A stretch of DNA of 64,000 nt from Macrostomum hystrix (GCA_950097015.1 CATNEN010000025.1:9641800-9705799), one strand, 5' to 3'. Positions 11,801-24,911 are shown, counted from the stretch's first letter. The notes: generated by a model not told the origin, from the letters alone. Program-made: numbers and translations.

Positions 11801-12918
11801 AAGACTATACTTAATTACTATTGTAGCCAGATTTATAAACTTGAACTGGAGCTTGTGGGCACCTATTGCTGTTTAGGAAAATGCAAGAAACCAACAATTG
11901 GTGCCACGCTTGACCTCAACTACATGATTTTCGCACTTCAAAGACTATACTTAATTACTATTGTAGCCAGATTTATAAACTTGAACTGGAGCTTGTGGGC
12001 ACCTATTGCCGTTTAGGAAAATTCAAGAAACCAACAATTGCAGTGCCACGCTTGGCCTCAACTACATGATTTTCGCACTACAAAGACTATACTTAATTAC
12101 TATTGTAGCCAGGTTTATAAACTTGAACTGGAGCTTGTGGGCACCTATTGCTGTTTAGGAAAATGCAAGAAACCAACAATTGGTGCCACGCTTGACCTCA
12201 ACTACATGATTTTCGCACTTCAAAGACTATACTTAATTACTATTGTAGCCAGATTTATAAACTTGAACTGGAGCTTGTGGGCACCTATTGCCGTTTAGGA
12301 AAATTCAAGAAACCAACAATTGCAGTGCCACGCTTGGCCTCAACTACATGATTTTCGCACTTCAAAGACTATACTGAATTACTATTGTAGCCAGATTTAT
12401 AAACTTGAACTGGAGCTTGTGGGCACCTATTGCTGTTTAGGAAAATGCAAGAAACCAACAATTGGTGCCACGCTTGACCTCAACTACATGATTTTCGCAC
12501 TTCAAAGACTATACTTAATTACTATTGTAGCCAGATTTATAAACTTGAACTGGAGCTTGTGGGCACCTATTGCTGTTTAGGAAAATGCAAGAAACCAACA
12601 ATTGGTGCCACGCTTGACCTCAACTACATGATTTTCGCACTTCAAAGACTATACTTAATTACTATTGTAGCCAGATTTATAAACTTGAACTGGAGCTTGT
12701 GGGCACCTATTGCTGTTTAGGAAAATGCAAGAAACCAACAATTGGTGCCACGCTTGACCTCAACTACATGATTTTCGCACTTCAAAGACTATACTTAATT
12801 ACTATTGTAGCCAGATTTATAAACTTGAACTGGAGCTTGTGGGCACCTATTGCTGTTTAGGAAAATGCAAGAAACCAACAATTGGTGCCACGCTTGACCT
12901 CAACTACATGATTTTCGC
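8832..12918. repeat. Satellite array, 142/140-bp monomers (~29 copies), with 1126-bp higher-order repeat
   Basis: Period 142 (cacgcttgg at 8941, 9083, 9225). The 140-bp variant reads ttggtgcc instead of ttgcagtgcc. A diagnostic atactgaatt variant occurs at 11250 and 12376 (1126 apart). A diverged monomer lies at ~13003-13090. Confidence 0.97.
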
Positions 12919-13779
12919 AGCCAGTTTCCCAGTTTCCCCAGTTTCTCCAGTTTCCATGGAGAGACCTGGCGTATATTGTTGTTGTTGTTGTTGTTGTTTC
13001 GCAGCACACAGACTACTTAATTATTACTATTGTAGCCAGAGTTATAAACTTTAACTGGGGCTCGAGCTTGTGGGCACCTATTGCCGTTTGCATGCACTTG
13101 TCACCACTGTCTGCTGTTGTTTGTGTCTCATGCTTGGTTTGCGTGCGACTGGGTTGGGCCGTCTGTCTGGGATCCCCCAAATCCCCAGCCCTGCAGGGTC
13201 TGGAAATTAGACTGCATGAACGCATATATAAGGAGCCGCGATATCAGACTGGTTCTTTACTGTGTGTTTCAATTCTGGCCTTACTTCTGCCTTTGAGTTA
13301 TTACAACTTACTCAAGAAGCCGTTTACAAATTATCAGTAAGATATATACATGTAGCTTGTGGATGCACAGCACGATTTTGTGAATGTCACACGATATGAC
13401 ATCCCTCAGAGAAACGGAAATTAAAGGGAAGCATTCTTCATGAACTTATACTCATCTATGAGCAAAATGAGGTGTGCAACGAAGCCAATAATGAGGTAAG
13501 TCAGAGTTTAACAAACACTAGCCCATATCAAAATAATAAATATATATGTGTGTGTATCTGGCTTAACCTAAAGTCAGTACAACTACTGTACCGTACTTTA
13601 TGTTTGTCAGTAGATGAATCGGAGATAATCCGAGAATCCATCAATAAATTATTTTTATGAGGCCTATAAACCAATATCAAGAGCAATGTTTCAAAATACG
13701 GATATATGACTTAGTATTTATTTTTTAAGTTAGTAATCAGCACCAACAGCTTGGAACTTGAAAGTTCATTCAGTCCATT

Positions 13780-14530
13780 GTGCTAAGCTGTTTTCAAAAA
13801 GAAATGACGAAGCAAAACCAGCCTAGACAGTGTCTCGTCAGAAAGGATCGTGAACGAACTTTGGTCAGAAAAGTTCCACTGACCGAAAAGGCGCGCTCAG
13901 CTTCAACACTTGTCGGAGGGATGAGCATCACAGCTTCACGCTGCTGTGCAATGCGAAGAATCTCTCGACCAATGCGACTCTCCAGTGACATGCAGTGTGT
14001 TTTAGGCTTAGAGCTCTTCTCTAGGAATGACTTCACTTGATCAGCCAGACCGCTTTCATCTGCCACATCATCATTGTCGTCACCATAATGGGCATTTGTG
14101 GCTGAACTCAAATCAATGGAAGCTGAACTGGTGTCTTTATCAGTAGCAACTTGGGCAGCATCTTCAGCTGCATATAGGTTTAACTTACTAGCCAGTGTGA
14201 TCAGTGAATACTTCACAGCATTTAACTCACTTTGTGAGTCAGTGATTCCATACCGAGATAAAAATCAGGCGAATCGCGATTCGAGACTAGAAGCAATCTG
14301 AATTAAACAAAGCATCTCAAAATTTTCTCATTTACACGTTGCATGAGCAGTTGCTTAACTTTATACTCGCAATCAGGCATGAGTCGCTTTCTGTTATTTT
14401 TGTAATTAAAAAACACAAAAACAATAAAAAGCACAGCTAAGCAAGAGTGAGAAGATAAGCAAAAAAGGCGTTCGACAGGGTGACGGAAAAAAATCTCGTT
14501 TATAAGGTGAGCGGCATGTTGAATCAAAGG
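13780..14530 (-). pseudogene. hAT transposase relic (C-terminal dimerisation region)
   Basis: LIPPTSVEAERAFSVSGTFLTKVRSR, continuing after a frameshift as SDETLSRLVLLRHFF. Confidence 0.8.
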
Positions 14531-15439
14531 CTCATAGGCTCATAGATTCGTAGCAAAAGCCGTAGCAGGAATCGTTGCCAGAATCGCAGCACAGCAGTAC
14601 AAGATTGAGCACAGAGAAGCAATAATGAGCACATAAGCAATAATGAGCACAAATAAGCAATAATGAGCACAGATTAAGCAGGAGCACATACAAAAGCGGG
14701 CGCAACAGGAGAAAGATTCAGTCTTTAAAATTTCATCAACTTTCGGCGGACAAACCGTTACTGTTGATTGCGACTGATTACATTTGACTACTGTGCATGG
14801 GTCTGTGCAAAGTCTGCAAAATACCTTATTTCTGTAAATGTATTAATTTTGGACTGCTCCTGCACAGCCCTCTGTTATGTATATTTGTATTATTGCATCC
14901 CATGCTTGGCTTGGATCAGTGATGCATCCTACATGTGGAAGTCAGTCACGAATTTCCCCTCTCAATCGGCAAGTAATCGGCGAGACAGCTTGCCACCTGT
15001 CTCACTGAGGTCAGTCCAGGGTTTGCACTTTCTCAACACGCAAGTCAGGCGTCGGTGAGGCAGGTCTGCGGATCCAATATCGGCAGCACGGGTGTCACCT
15101 GGCCTTGCTTCCGTCTGCCGGTGGCGCCACCGCCGCTTCCGCCGCGACGCCGCCTCCGCCACCGAAGCCGCCAACCCAGGCAGCAGACGTCCAGGCCCAT
15201 TCGCTTGACCTCCGGTTTCGAGCGCAGCTCCGTGATCAGGTTGGTCTGCAGCAGCTCCTGTAGAAGGTCCTGGCGGGACAAGCCTGGAGCTGATGGATTG
15301 TCCAAGTTGACAACCAAGTTTGAGAGCCCGTTGATGCGTCTGATGAAGACTATACGTGTCGGTAGGCCTGTTTGAGTAGTGCAGGTGAGTACGGGCTTGA
15401 TGTCTAACAGGTACCATGCCAAGCAGAACAGGTGAACAC

Positions 15440-15635
15440 TGTGTCTAACAGAACAGGTGATCACAGGCTCTGTCTAACAGGTGACGCTCTCTGTCTAACA
15501 GTTGACGCTGTCGGCCTAACAAATGACGCTCTTTGTCTAACAGGTGACGCTCTTTGTCTACCAGGTGGCGCTCTCTGTCTAACAATTGACGCTGTCGGCC
15601 TAACAAATGACGCTCTTGGTCTAACAGGTATTTCT
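15440..15635. repeat. Degenerate ~21-bp minisatellite with TGTCTAACA core
   Basis: tgtctaacaggtgacgctct-type units. Confidence 0.85.
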
Positions 15636-16607
15636 AACAGAAATGAATTCCAGAATGACAGATTTAGAATGACAAATGAATTCCAGAATGACTAGTGATG
15701 GACAGATTAAAACAGGACTTGATCTTCATTCATATTCACATTAGAAAATGTCAAGTAACTTACTGGAAATGCAGGCGCATCACTGATCTAGACCACAGGT
15801 CGAAGAGAGGTAGCCACGTGGCTAGTGCACTAGGCAGAATCGCACATCAAGAGTCAGCAGCTGCCATCAGACACAAGTTAATCCTGGAATGGTGCAGGCT
15901 TTAGCACAACGTATTAATAATGTCAAATCAAAGTGAATGAAGTACTGCGATAAAATGACTCCGTGATGGCAAAGGAAAGAAGATTAAAGGCAACACAATT
16001 ATCCAAAAATAGGCTTCAGGCCATCCACCATCCACCATTCACGCGAAGCATAAAAGACTTGGCCTTTGCAGAAATATTTAATAGTATTCAGCGGTACTTG
16101 TAACTGTCTAAATAGACACTTGTACAAGCCTTCCGCACAAGTAGGAGATGCAAGTTGGGCGAATGTTTATGAGTTCGATTTTTCAGACACGGTTTACATA
16201 TTCGAGAAACAGTAATTGACTTTTGTCTAAATTTATTCTTGTCAAAAGGTGTGTTTGAGATCGACCCATTTTATTTTTAAATACAAGGCTGCTTTGCTGA
16301 TCGGGCTATTTGTATTTAGCAGAATTTAATTTGTAAGAAATTCATAAAGTACACTTTTCCTATTGTCTTAAATCATGTCATTCAATTACCATAGTGTTCG
16401 CTTTAATTATCTGTTTTTTGAGCCAAGAAAAGTTGAAAAAATTCTTTCTGAAGAAGAGAAGCTTTAGAAACAAATATTAGTTTTAAAAAATTTCACGATA
16501 AGTCGTTTATCTCTACGACTTAGAGACGAAAAACAATTATATAGGGTGCGTACGAAAACAATTATAACTATCTAATTATAATTATAACTTCCACCAATAA
16601 TTGGAGA

Positions 16608-16769
16608 GGCAATCTTCGGCTGAATATGCGGACTTTGACTATAACTATAAATCAACTATATAATCAACTGTAAATAATCAACTAATAATCAACTAATAAT
16701 CAACTATGAATATTCAACTATATATAATATTAAAATATCCTAAGTCCGCAGATTCAGCCGAAGATTGCC
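16608..16769. mobile_element. MITE-like 162-bp element with 28-bp terminal inverted repeats
   Basis: ggcaatcttcggctgaatatgcggactt / aagtccgcagattcagccgaagattgcc (1 mismatch); no TSD recognised. Confidence 0.6.
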
Positions 16770-16823
16770 CGATCTAAGGCGTCTTAGTCTTAGGCGTATT
16801 CTTCTTCTTTTTCTCTCCGCGAC

Positions 16824-16824
<1 letters not shown>

Positions 16825-16857
<33 letters not shown>
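16825..16857. repeat. (GGC)n microsatellite
   Basis: About 11 GGC units read directly. Confidence 0.95.
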
Positions 16858-16862
<5 letters not shown>

Positions 16863-19029
16863 ATCCACCATATTCTGGAATTTTGCATTAAATGCAAATT
16901 TTTTTATAAATGAGCAATAACAATAATGTGTTGTAAGGCATGCTCTGTGGAAAAGTTAGCCCATTTAAATGGGCATCAGAAAGTCAGAATTAAAATGAGA
17001 TTTTTTATGACCGAGCAACAACAGTTATGAAACGACTTGCTTTCTAGGAAATATGGTTTCTATTCTGCATGTTATGAGGGACCATTTAAATTAACGTTTC
17101 GCGGTCAATTTCTATGAAGACAAGGGTTACGTCAAGTTATAAATTGCTTGTTTCACAGTATAAAAGCGAGGCATTTTGTGAAAGCGGAGAATATTGAAAT
17201 TTAGCAGAATACAATATGAAGTAATGTGCAGAGCTGGACAAGTGTTACTGCTAATCACAGGCTTGGGGAGGCAGTATGAGTCTGCTGTTTGTTTTATGTT
17301 TGACTTGCACAGTCGAAGTGTTTGACTCAAACAATATGAATCTACTGCTCTCAACCCAGTGCCGATGTCCTAACTTGTCAGCTTGGCTCATAGCTAATAT
17401 GTGACCTGCTATGATCATCACTAAATGAATGCACCCTCATTCTATTCACGTATTAAAATGTACACCTCTAAGAGTATAAAGTTTCAGTGTATTATAAATA
17501 GTGAGCTATCCAAGCCTTTTTACATAGGCTACAGAGTTTATGCTTATCTTAATAAGTCTTAATATTAGGAAAAAAACTGTATAGTGGGTCTATACGCATA
17601 GCTTATTGGCTGGCCACTCGTCATAATTGTATAGAAACAATGCATTATTCTAAATGAAATTAGGACCCAGGAATATAAATTCTTATTAAGATTTCCAAGC
17701 AACTACTGGGATATGGGATCTATGACCTGGGAGCCTAGGATCAAGGACTAGTATTGCCATTGCAGTTTGGCCTTTTTTCTGTAGCCCTAAAAAATTCCGC
17801 AGGGCTTAATTCTATGATTGAATTGATAATTAGTGGAATATGTAATCCAAAGTAAACTAATTGACTATTGTATATCCACTTCCAAAAATGGTATTATCAG
17901 TATGGTATACTTGCCAATTTGCACCCACTTCATAGGTCACATATTTAAAAGAATTGTGCTTTTAAATGAAAGATTGAATAAAATGAGGGGAAGAAATAAG
18001 AAAATTGGAACCAAAGTCTAACATCTGTCATCTATAGGGTAATGTATCATCAACCAAACAAGAATGTGTATTTTTTAACTTCGAACCTAAGCTACAGATT
18101 TTCTATTTAAGATATGATGATAAATCAAAAGCCAAGTTATAGAAAACAGTTACATCTTTCTAAAAAGTGTCTGCTTTTGCTATTTTGTCAAATAGAAAAA
18201 AGTTATTCCTGTAACTAGGTTTCATCTAAAACCTAACAATGATTTTCATGTATCTTCAAACCAAATGGAGAAGTTGGTGTTTGGTTTTACAATTTGAGTG
18301 AGTGGTTTAATCTTATTTTGCCATATGAAGTGCTGTCAAAGTGTAGACTACAATTCTGTGTAAGCTAGAAGGATAGGAATGTGAGGGATGGGAATGTGAG
18401 TGAATAGGAATGGGAGGAAGGGAAAAGGATCCCTGTGGCCCCGTGGCACTTGGGTGCCGCAGCCCCTCATGCAGCAGCTACATGAGTTTAATACTCTGGC
18501 ACCTTCTATTTGCTGCTGAGCATAGCTCACACAGGTAGGAAACATTGGCAACTATAAAAATTTCTGCTACATATTTTTAATGCCATCCAAACAAAAATAA
18601 CTGCCTATGTCCCATAGCTACTGAACTTGAGCTCTGAGTGAGCATGGACATGGTCAGGTTTATTAAATGTTTTTAGTGGGATCACATTTTTCACATTGCT
18701 TGAATGGGGAGTAGGTTATCTAGGGAATATAAGATCTATGGACACTGACCTATTAGGACAGGGTTGGTAACCATTTTTATCTTGTAGGCCAGATAGAGAT
18801 TTGAGCACATGGGTCATGGCTTATGAACACATGGAAGAAGTGGAAGTGTAAGTAGAAGAGTAGAAGCTTAGAGGGTGGAGTGGAGAGGAGGCTGCATTGG
18901 GTGGGGTTGGGTTTGGTAGATTTGGGCTAGATTTAGTAAGCCATGCAAGTAAAGTATGGGGTAGATATCTGCTCCTGTCCTGTCTGTCTACCTGTCTGTC
19001 TGCCTACCTGCCTGCCTGCCTGCTTGCCT

Positions 19030-19345
19030 GAGGGCACTGGTCCCCTCTATAACAGGGGGGCACTGACCCCTCTCTAGCAGGGAGGGCACTGATCACTCTA
19101 GCAGGGAGGGAACTGGCCCCTCTAGCAGGGAGGGCACTGACCCCTCTCTAGCAGGGAGGGCACTGATCACTCTAGCAGGGAGGGAACTGGCCCCTCTAGC
19201 AGGGAGGGCACTGACCCCTCTCTAGCAGGGAGGGCACTGATCACTCTAGCAGGGAGGGAACTGGCCCCTCTAGCAGGGAGGGCACTGACCCCTCTCTAGC
19301 AGGGAGGGCACTGACCCCTCTCTAGCAAGGAGGGCACTGACCACT
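19030..19345. repeat. Minisatellite, 74-bp period built from three 24-26-bp subunits (ctctagcagggaggg...)
   Basis: gatcac at 19091, 19165 and 19239. Confidence 0.92.
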
Positions 19346-20831
19346 TTCCAATCCCACGATCCCCTTTCCAATCCCATGATCTCAATTCTAATCCCATGAT
19401 CTCAATTCTCTCCTCTCTGCCCCTTACTCCCTCCTGTCTGCCCGAATTAAACAATGAACAATATAAACAATCCACAATACGAAAATAGTCAATAATATAG
19501 TCAACAAAATTAGCCATTTTTAATAAAAGAAACGAAATAATGATGTTTAGTTGTTCCTTGGTCTTTAATAAAGAGGAGAGTTAGGGAGAATGCGATGAGA
19601 ATATGTTCTTCTCAGAGTTCTTCTGTTTTTCTCAATCTCAGATAGTCTTTGCAAAGCTCAACGTTATAAAAATAAAGATGGACTAAAGTTTATTAGATTC
19701 GATAAACAATTTTCTTTCTTAGTGGAATCAACAAGTCCACTGTCTAATGACAAAATAGTTTGAGAGTCGAGACTGAACGAGCGTCTTTTTCTGGTCTTGT
19801 GTTAAATAGATGGTGTGATATGCAGGACACCATAATAGGCAAGCCAGGAGCCTCAAGACAGAGAGGACACGCGATTATGGGGTTTGGGAAATGGGGTGGG
19901 TGTCATTAAATGAATCACAGCGAATCGCACGCGAATATGGGGTTTTGGGAATGGGGTGGGTGTTAAATGACTGACAAATATTTTTGGTTTGGAAGGATCG
20001 ATAAATTAAACGGCCGTTAGTTTGGCTCGGTGTGAGAAGGGTTTAGTCAAAGGACCCCTATATAGCAGCATCTGCACTGGAAGCTAAACGGAAAAGTTTA
20101 GTTTGTAGTTAAAATTAGTAGTTATTTGCAAGGACTACTAGAGTAGAAGGACGCGACACTTGAAGACTATGTAAATTTTATTAAAGGCCACTTTTCTAAG
20201 CGATGTCTTTTTTAAACGGATGCACATAGAAATTTACTTTTTTCGCTGGGACCTTCGAAATTTATTGCCCTTGAAGATAAAATACATTTGCGTCTGGATA
20301 AACATATTTTTTAAACTCGCTAATCTGATGGCCCCTGCTACCCCTGATGTGGGATAACTGCTGAAGTGGGATAACTGCTGCACTGGGAAAACTGCAGAAG
20401 TTGAATTACTGGATGAAGTTAGATAACTGCTGAAGTAAGATAACAGGTTAAGTGGGATTACTCCTGAAGTGGGCTATCTGATGAAATGGGATTTCTGCCG
20501 ATATGGGATAACTGTAGATGGGGGATAACTGGTGAAAGGGGATAGCTGCTTAAGGGGATATCTGATGAAGTGACGAATTTAGTTAGTGACGAATTTTTTA
20601 ATAACTGAATAATTCGGGGCGGCTTAATTGCTATTCACATTCTAAAATTAAAATTTGGACTGGAAGCGGAGCTGATATCTTCCTTTTTTCTAAGACTTGT
20701 GGCCAATAAAATTGCCCGATTTACACAGGGGCAGGGCAGATAGACAGGATCAGGCACACATAGACAGAAAATAGCGTATATATTTTTTGGCTGGACCGAC
20801 TTTTCCAAATTTTTGCTTCCCCAGAACTCAC

Positions 20832-21914
20832 CAAAAAGCGATGCCGCCGCCTCCTGGCGGCCCGCCCGGGCCCCAATGCCAGGGCGGCATGAATCCAAAA
20901 TTTCTGCAAAATACAAGGCCTTCTGGCAATTGAATTGATTTAGAGAATTCCATCATTAGCTGTGAATCAGACAAAAAATTAACTTACCCTCGGCAAAAGG
21001 CGGACAAGCTCCGGAGCTTTACCTGCTCCATCAGGAGCAGGTAAGCTCGCACGCTGTCTCTCTGCAAATTTATAAAACAAAAAATATAGAGCAAGGACGA
21101 AGGACGGTTGTTAGTACAATCCTGTATAACTGATAAACGGGGATAACTCATGAAATGGGATAACTAATGAACGGGGATGATTGCATGATAAAGTCAATAA
21201 CTGAAGAAGTGGGATTTTGGAGAAGGATTTGGGATCAGAGAAGGACTTTGGATCTGGGATTAAAGCTGTAAATCCCAAAACCCCGAATCAACGAATAAAT
21301 GCATATTTCTGCTATTGACTGCACTGAAGAATTAATTTATAAAGTTAGGAGGGTCACTGTCAACAGCACTATTTAAAGGCACAGAAACTCACATTCATCT
21401 TCCAATTTCGCCACTTGCGGCCTCCCCGATGATGAGGGCGGCCGCGGCGAATCTGCTGCTGGGGATGGGGGGGAGGGTGGGCTGGGCCTGGGTTGGGTTG
21501 GGGAGGGATGGGACGGGCTGGACGGGGGGGTTGGCCGACTGGGGCAGGGGTGGTAAGGGTGGGTTGTGGGCCTGGGTTGGGTTGAGGAGGGATGGGGCGG
21601 GCTGGACGGGGCGGTTGGCCGACTGGGGCAGGGGTGGTGAGGGTGGGTTGTGGGCCTGGGTTGGGTTGAGGAGGGATGGGGCGGGCTGGAAGGTTGGGTT
21701 GGGCGGGGAGAAGAGGGCGGACTGGGGCAGGGGCAGGCTGGGTCGGGATCGGGGGGGGAGCGCCGGCCACCCGGGCATATGAAGCCCTGGTGGCCGGCCT
21801 GGACGGTGGCGGCGAAGGCGGCGGCGTTGGCGGTGGCGGGGGGCGGGGCGGGGCCCGCAAGGGACGGGCGTCGGCCCGACCCTTTTTTCTGCCGGCCGAT
21901 TTTTTCTTTGATGC
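20832..21914 (-). CDS. Internal exons of an unknown proline-rich, basic protein (exons 21914-21393, 21061-21023, 20903-20832)
   Basis: Each exon is bounded by canonical AG/GT (tttcag/gtgagt, ttgcag/gtaaag, ttgcag/gtgagt). Lengths are 522, 39 and 72 nt, all phase 0 and stop-free: ASKKK...Pro-rich...RGGRKWRNWKMN-RDSVRAYLLLMEQ-KFWIHAALALGPGRAARRRRHRFL. Start and end exons were not resolved. Confidence 0.5.
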
Positions 21915-23789
21915 CTGAAATTATGTATTGCAAAACTCGTTAATCACGCAAATTATGTTTCTTGGAAATTAACAAATATGATTCAAGGAAGTGTTGTACC
22001 AGTAAACTAACGGTGAGGTAGCTATAGCAGTATATGTAAGTTATAGGTGAGTTTGTCAGTTCAAATATTACCTGGCCTCTTTGGACACATGAAAGAGTTT
22101 TTCTTTTCTAAGAAAATACCAAAACTTTGCCACTTAATAGCTTTATTGTTTAAGATAATCATACTTGATTTTCTTCATCAAATTCTTAAATTTTTTCTTT
22201 GACTTTACTAAGTTTAATTTTACTCTAAAAGTTGGGTAAAGTTTAGCACTTTAATATACCAATGATCTAATATCATGCATAGAAGGACAAATAATTTGGT
22301 TTCTGCATTAAAAAATTCGAATTTTTATATAAAAAATTAGATAGAAAGTCAGATACAACAAACAGTAGTACTAATGTAGGATCACATATATCATTTGTGT
22401 GAATTATCTATGTGAGTTTCTTGTAAACATTTGCTATAGCATAGCTATAGCTATGCCCTATGCGAATCTTTAAAAAATTAAAGTCTCTTTTGAAGAGGAC
22501 AGAACAGAAGTAGCTAGTCCTATATGAAGAAACTAATTTCTTAGCTTAAATTTAGCTATTATATGTTTTTATTGGAATAAATGTTACAGTTACAACCCTA
22601 TTTGGCTAGAGGAATTCCTTCAGTTTAAGGATGGAATAAATATTTATATTTAGACATAACTAGCTATGCCTATAATCAGTGCTGCTCTTATTTTCATAGA
22701 CCAAATTTAATAATTTAATAACTAAAAATTTCCTCTCCTTGCTATCTAATTATATCTATGTTATCTATGTTATCTATCTAATTATATCTATGTTATAACT
22801 AGGCATAAATTCAAAATTATGGCTTTTTAGTCTAAAAATGAGAACTATACACTCAATATAGTTGCCCAGGGTTTGAAAAAGAATTGAATATTTTTTCAAA
22901 GTTTTGTATTCCTTGAATGAACTTATTTAGTCTCCAAAAAGACAAAGTCTTGAGTAGACCTTCTAGTCAAATAAAAACTTTTCAATTGTTTCAGAATTCA
23001 AGTAAATGTCTTGTAACCCTTTTATTATGCAAGATAATTTCATGAATTTTGTCCACATGAAGATAACATGAATGAAATTAGAAATATCAAATAAAAAGCA
23101 AGTAGAACATGATTCAAAAGGGAAAAATAATGGCTCTAGGAATATAGTCAGGCTATAACATTGCTTTGTATCAATTTTTCTTATGTGTATATTGAACTAG
23201 CAAAGTGAAATAATAATTTAAGATCAAATAGTAGAGTAGACTATATAGCTACTTGTTTAGAAAGGGAAGCAAATAATTATTTTGTATATGTTGGTATATG
23301 TAAAACATAATATATATTGGTAATTTTTAACTGGAATTGGCTCTCTATTGTAAACATTTTTATAATGCTAGAATACAAGGTTATCACCTTGTATAGTAGC
23401 AAAATAACTGTATACAAAAGATTATCAGGCACACCAGATGGCAAATATGGATCTCAGATTTAAATAGTGAGTTGACAGCTGACCCTACCTATATTTTTAT
23501 CCATTTTTGCCAAGCGAGAAGGTTTCCAGAAGTGCCCATAGATTTAGAGTGCAAGGTATTCAGAGCTTTGGTCAATTTTTAAGACTTTAGCTTCACAGCA
23601 CTATGTTAAATGCAAGTGGTTAAAATGAATACAGCACATAATAGCTATATCAATCTACATTAAAAAGCTTTCTACTGAGGCTTACAGCACTTCTAAAGAG
23701 TGCAATGTACATTATCCTCATTGATTTTAATAGCACATCTATAAAGTGCAATATACTGAACTGTTTTATTTAACAATTTGCAGTCTAGT

Positions 23790-24911
23790 CTATCTAGGAA
23801 AAAGATGGACTGTCCTACTGTTTGGCTGTTGTGAGATAACATGTTCTTCAGCAGCACTTTGCTGTGTCATATGTGACAGGCTTGGTAATGAAAATTGTAA
23901 AGGTACCTGAGGAGGTACTTGAGACTCAGATATCTGTATTTCATCTGGCAATAACATACCTGGGTAATAATTCTGCGAAAACTGAGCAAGACGTAGGTGA
24001 CTATGTATTACTTGATTTTGAGAACTTCTAAGTTGCTGCAAATGAATGTCTTCTAAATAAGCATCTGGATTTTGGAATAAATTGTCAATACTATTGATAT
24101 TTGAAGTAGTATTGTTGAGACTGGTAATATCATTGACATTACTTTGTGATGCTTCTGCACTTTGACTACATTCTTCATTGAGGCTTATCTCAGCCTCAGC
24201 AGCATAGTCATTTTGCTGTGTAGCCACTATTGCAGAATCATTACCATTTGCACTAGTACCTTGCATGCCAACAAGCAATGCTTGATTTTGGTTTGCTAGA
24301 GTACCTTCAGTGCTAATTGTAGGTGCTACATTTCTCTCATTCCATTCTGAATGAGACCAAAATTTTACTTCACCATGATCAGAAATTGCCTGAAATTGTG
24401 CAACACATTGCTGTTGGTTAAGATTATGGGGTGAAGAGAAGTTGGGAATAAAACGTCCTGGCCCTTTCTTCTGACCTGTAGCTAAATCAGAAGCTATAAG
24501 TGCCCATTGAATTGCACCAGAGTTGCCTGCCCTTTCATAAGCGTCCTTAGCTATTTTACTAAGCTCTTTGCGCATGTAGACAACACCCTTTTTAATAATT
24601 TCTTCAAACTTTCCTTCTGTTTGAGGAAGCTGCTGCAAATTTTGAAGCCTGTGTTGCGCTTGCTTATCTGCTCTTATAAAATCAACAATAGAACTACATG
24701 CTTCTTGGACCTGTCCACTCAAAGTGCCAGTGACATCTTTAGAACAGTGATAAATGGCTCTGTCATGTTCAGTAATTCTAATAACAATGTAAGTTTCTTT
24801 ATGTTTGTCCAAGTCCTGAATGATTCTTTTAATTGGGCGAGGTCGATTTTTAGCAGCTTTTCTTAGTCGTTCTTTTTTTGCTATACTTAGACCCCTATAC
24901 TTCTCTAGCAA
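23790..24911 (-). CDS. Unknown protein, long ORF (373 codons), probably the terminal exon of a spliced gene
   Basis: Long stop-free frame in AT-rich DNA; acceptor-like tttcAG just upstream. Basic helical N-half and Q/N/S-rich tail; no family recognised. Confidence 0.6.
   Translation of the reverse strand: MLEKYRGLSIAKKERLRKAAKNRPRPIKRIIQDLDKHKETYIVIRITEHDRAIYHCSKDVTGTLSGQVQEACSSIVDFIRADKQAQHRLQNLQQLPQTEGKFEEIIKKGVVYMRKELSKIAKDAYERAGNSGAIQWALIASDLATGQKKGPGRFIPNFSSPHNLNQQQCVAQFQAISDHGEVKFWSHSEWNERNVAPTISTEGTLANQNQALLVGMQGTSANGNDSAIVATQQNDYAAEAEISLNEECSQSAEASQSNVNDITSLNNTTSNINSIDNLFQNPDAYLEDIHLQQLRSSQNQVIHSHLRLAQFSQNYYPGMLLPDEIQISESQVPPQVPLQFSLPSLSHMTQQSAAEEHVISQQPNSRTVHLFPR

Noticed and set aside
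10068-12580. Repeated 86/96-aa ORFs
   Set aside because: By-products of 142/140-bp monomer phasing.
7439-12918. Regular arrays as possible CRISPR
   Set aside because: The units are contiguous with no unique spacers, no cas genes are present, and the context is eukaryotic.
14962-15464. GC-rich minus-strand ORFs (possible gag/ORF1 or host exon)
   Set aside because: No recognisable motif or consistent splice structure; cannot be assigned.
17580-18340. Possible heavily decayed non-LTR reverse transcriptase on the minus strand
   Set aside because: Many stops and only vague motif resemblance; not supportable by eye.
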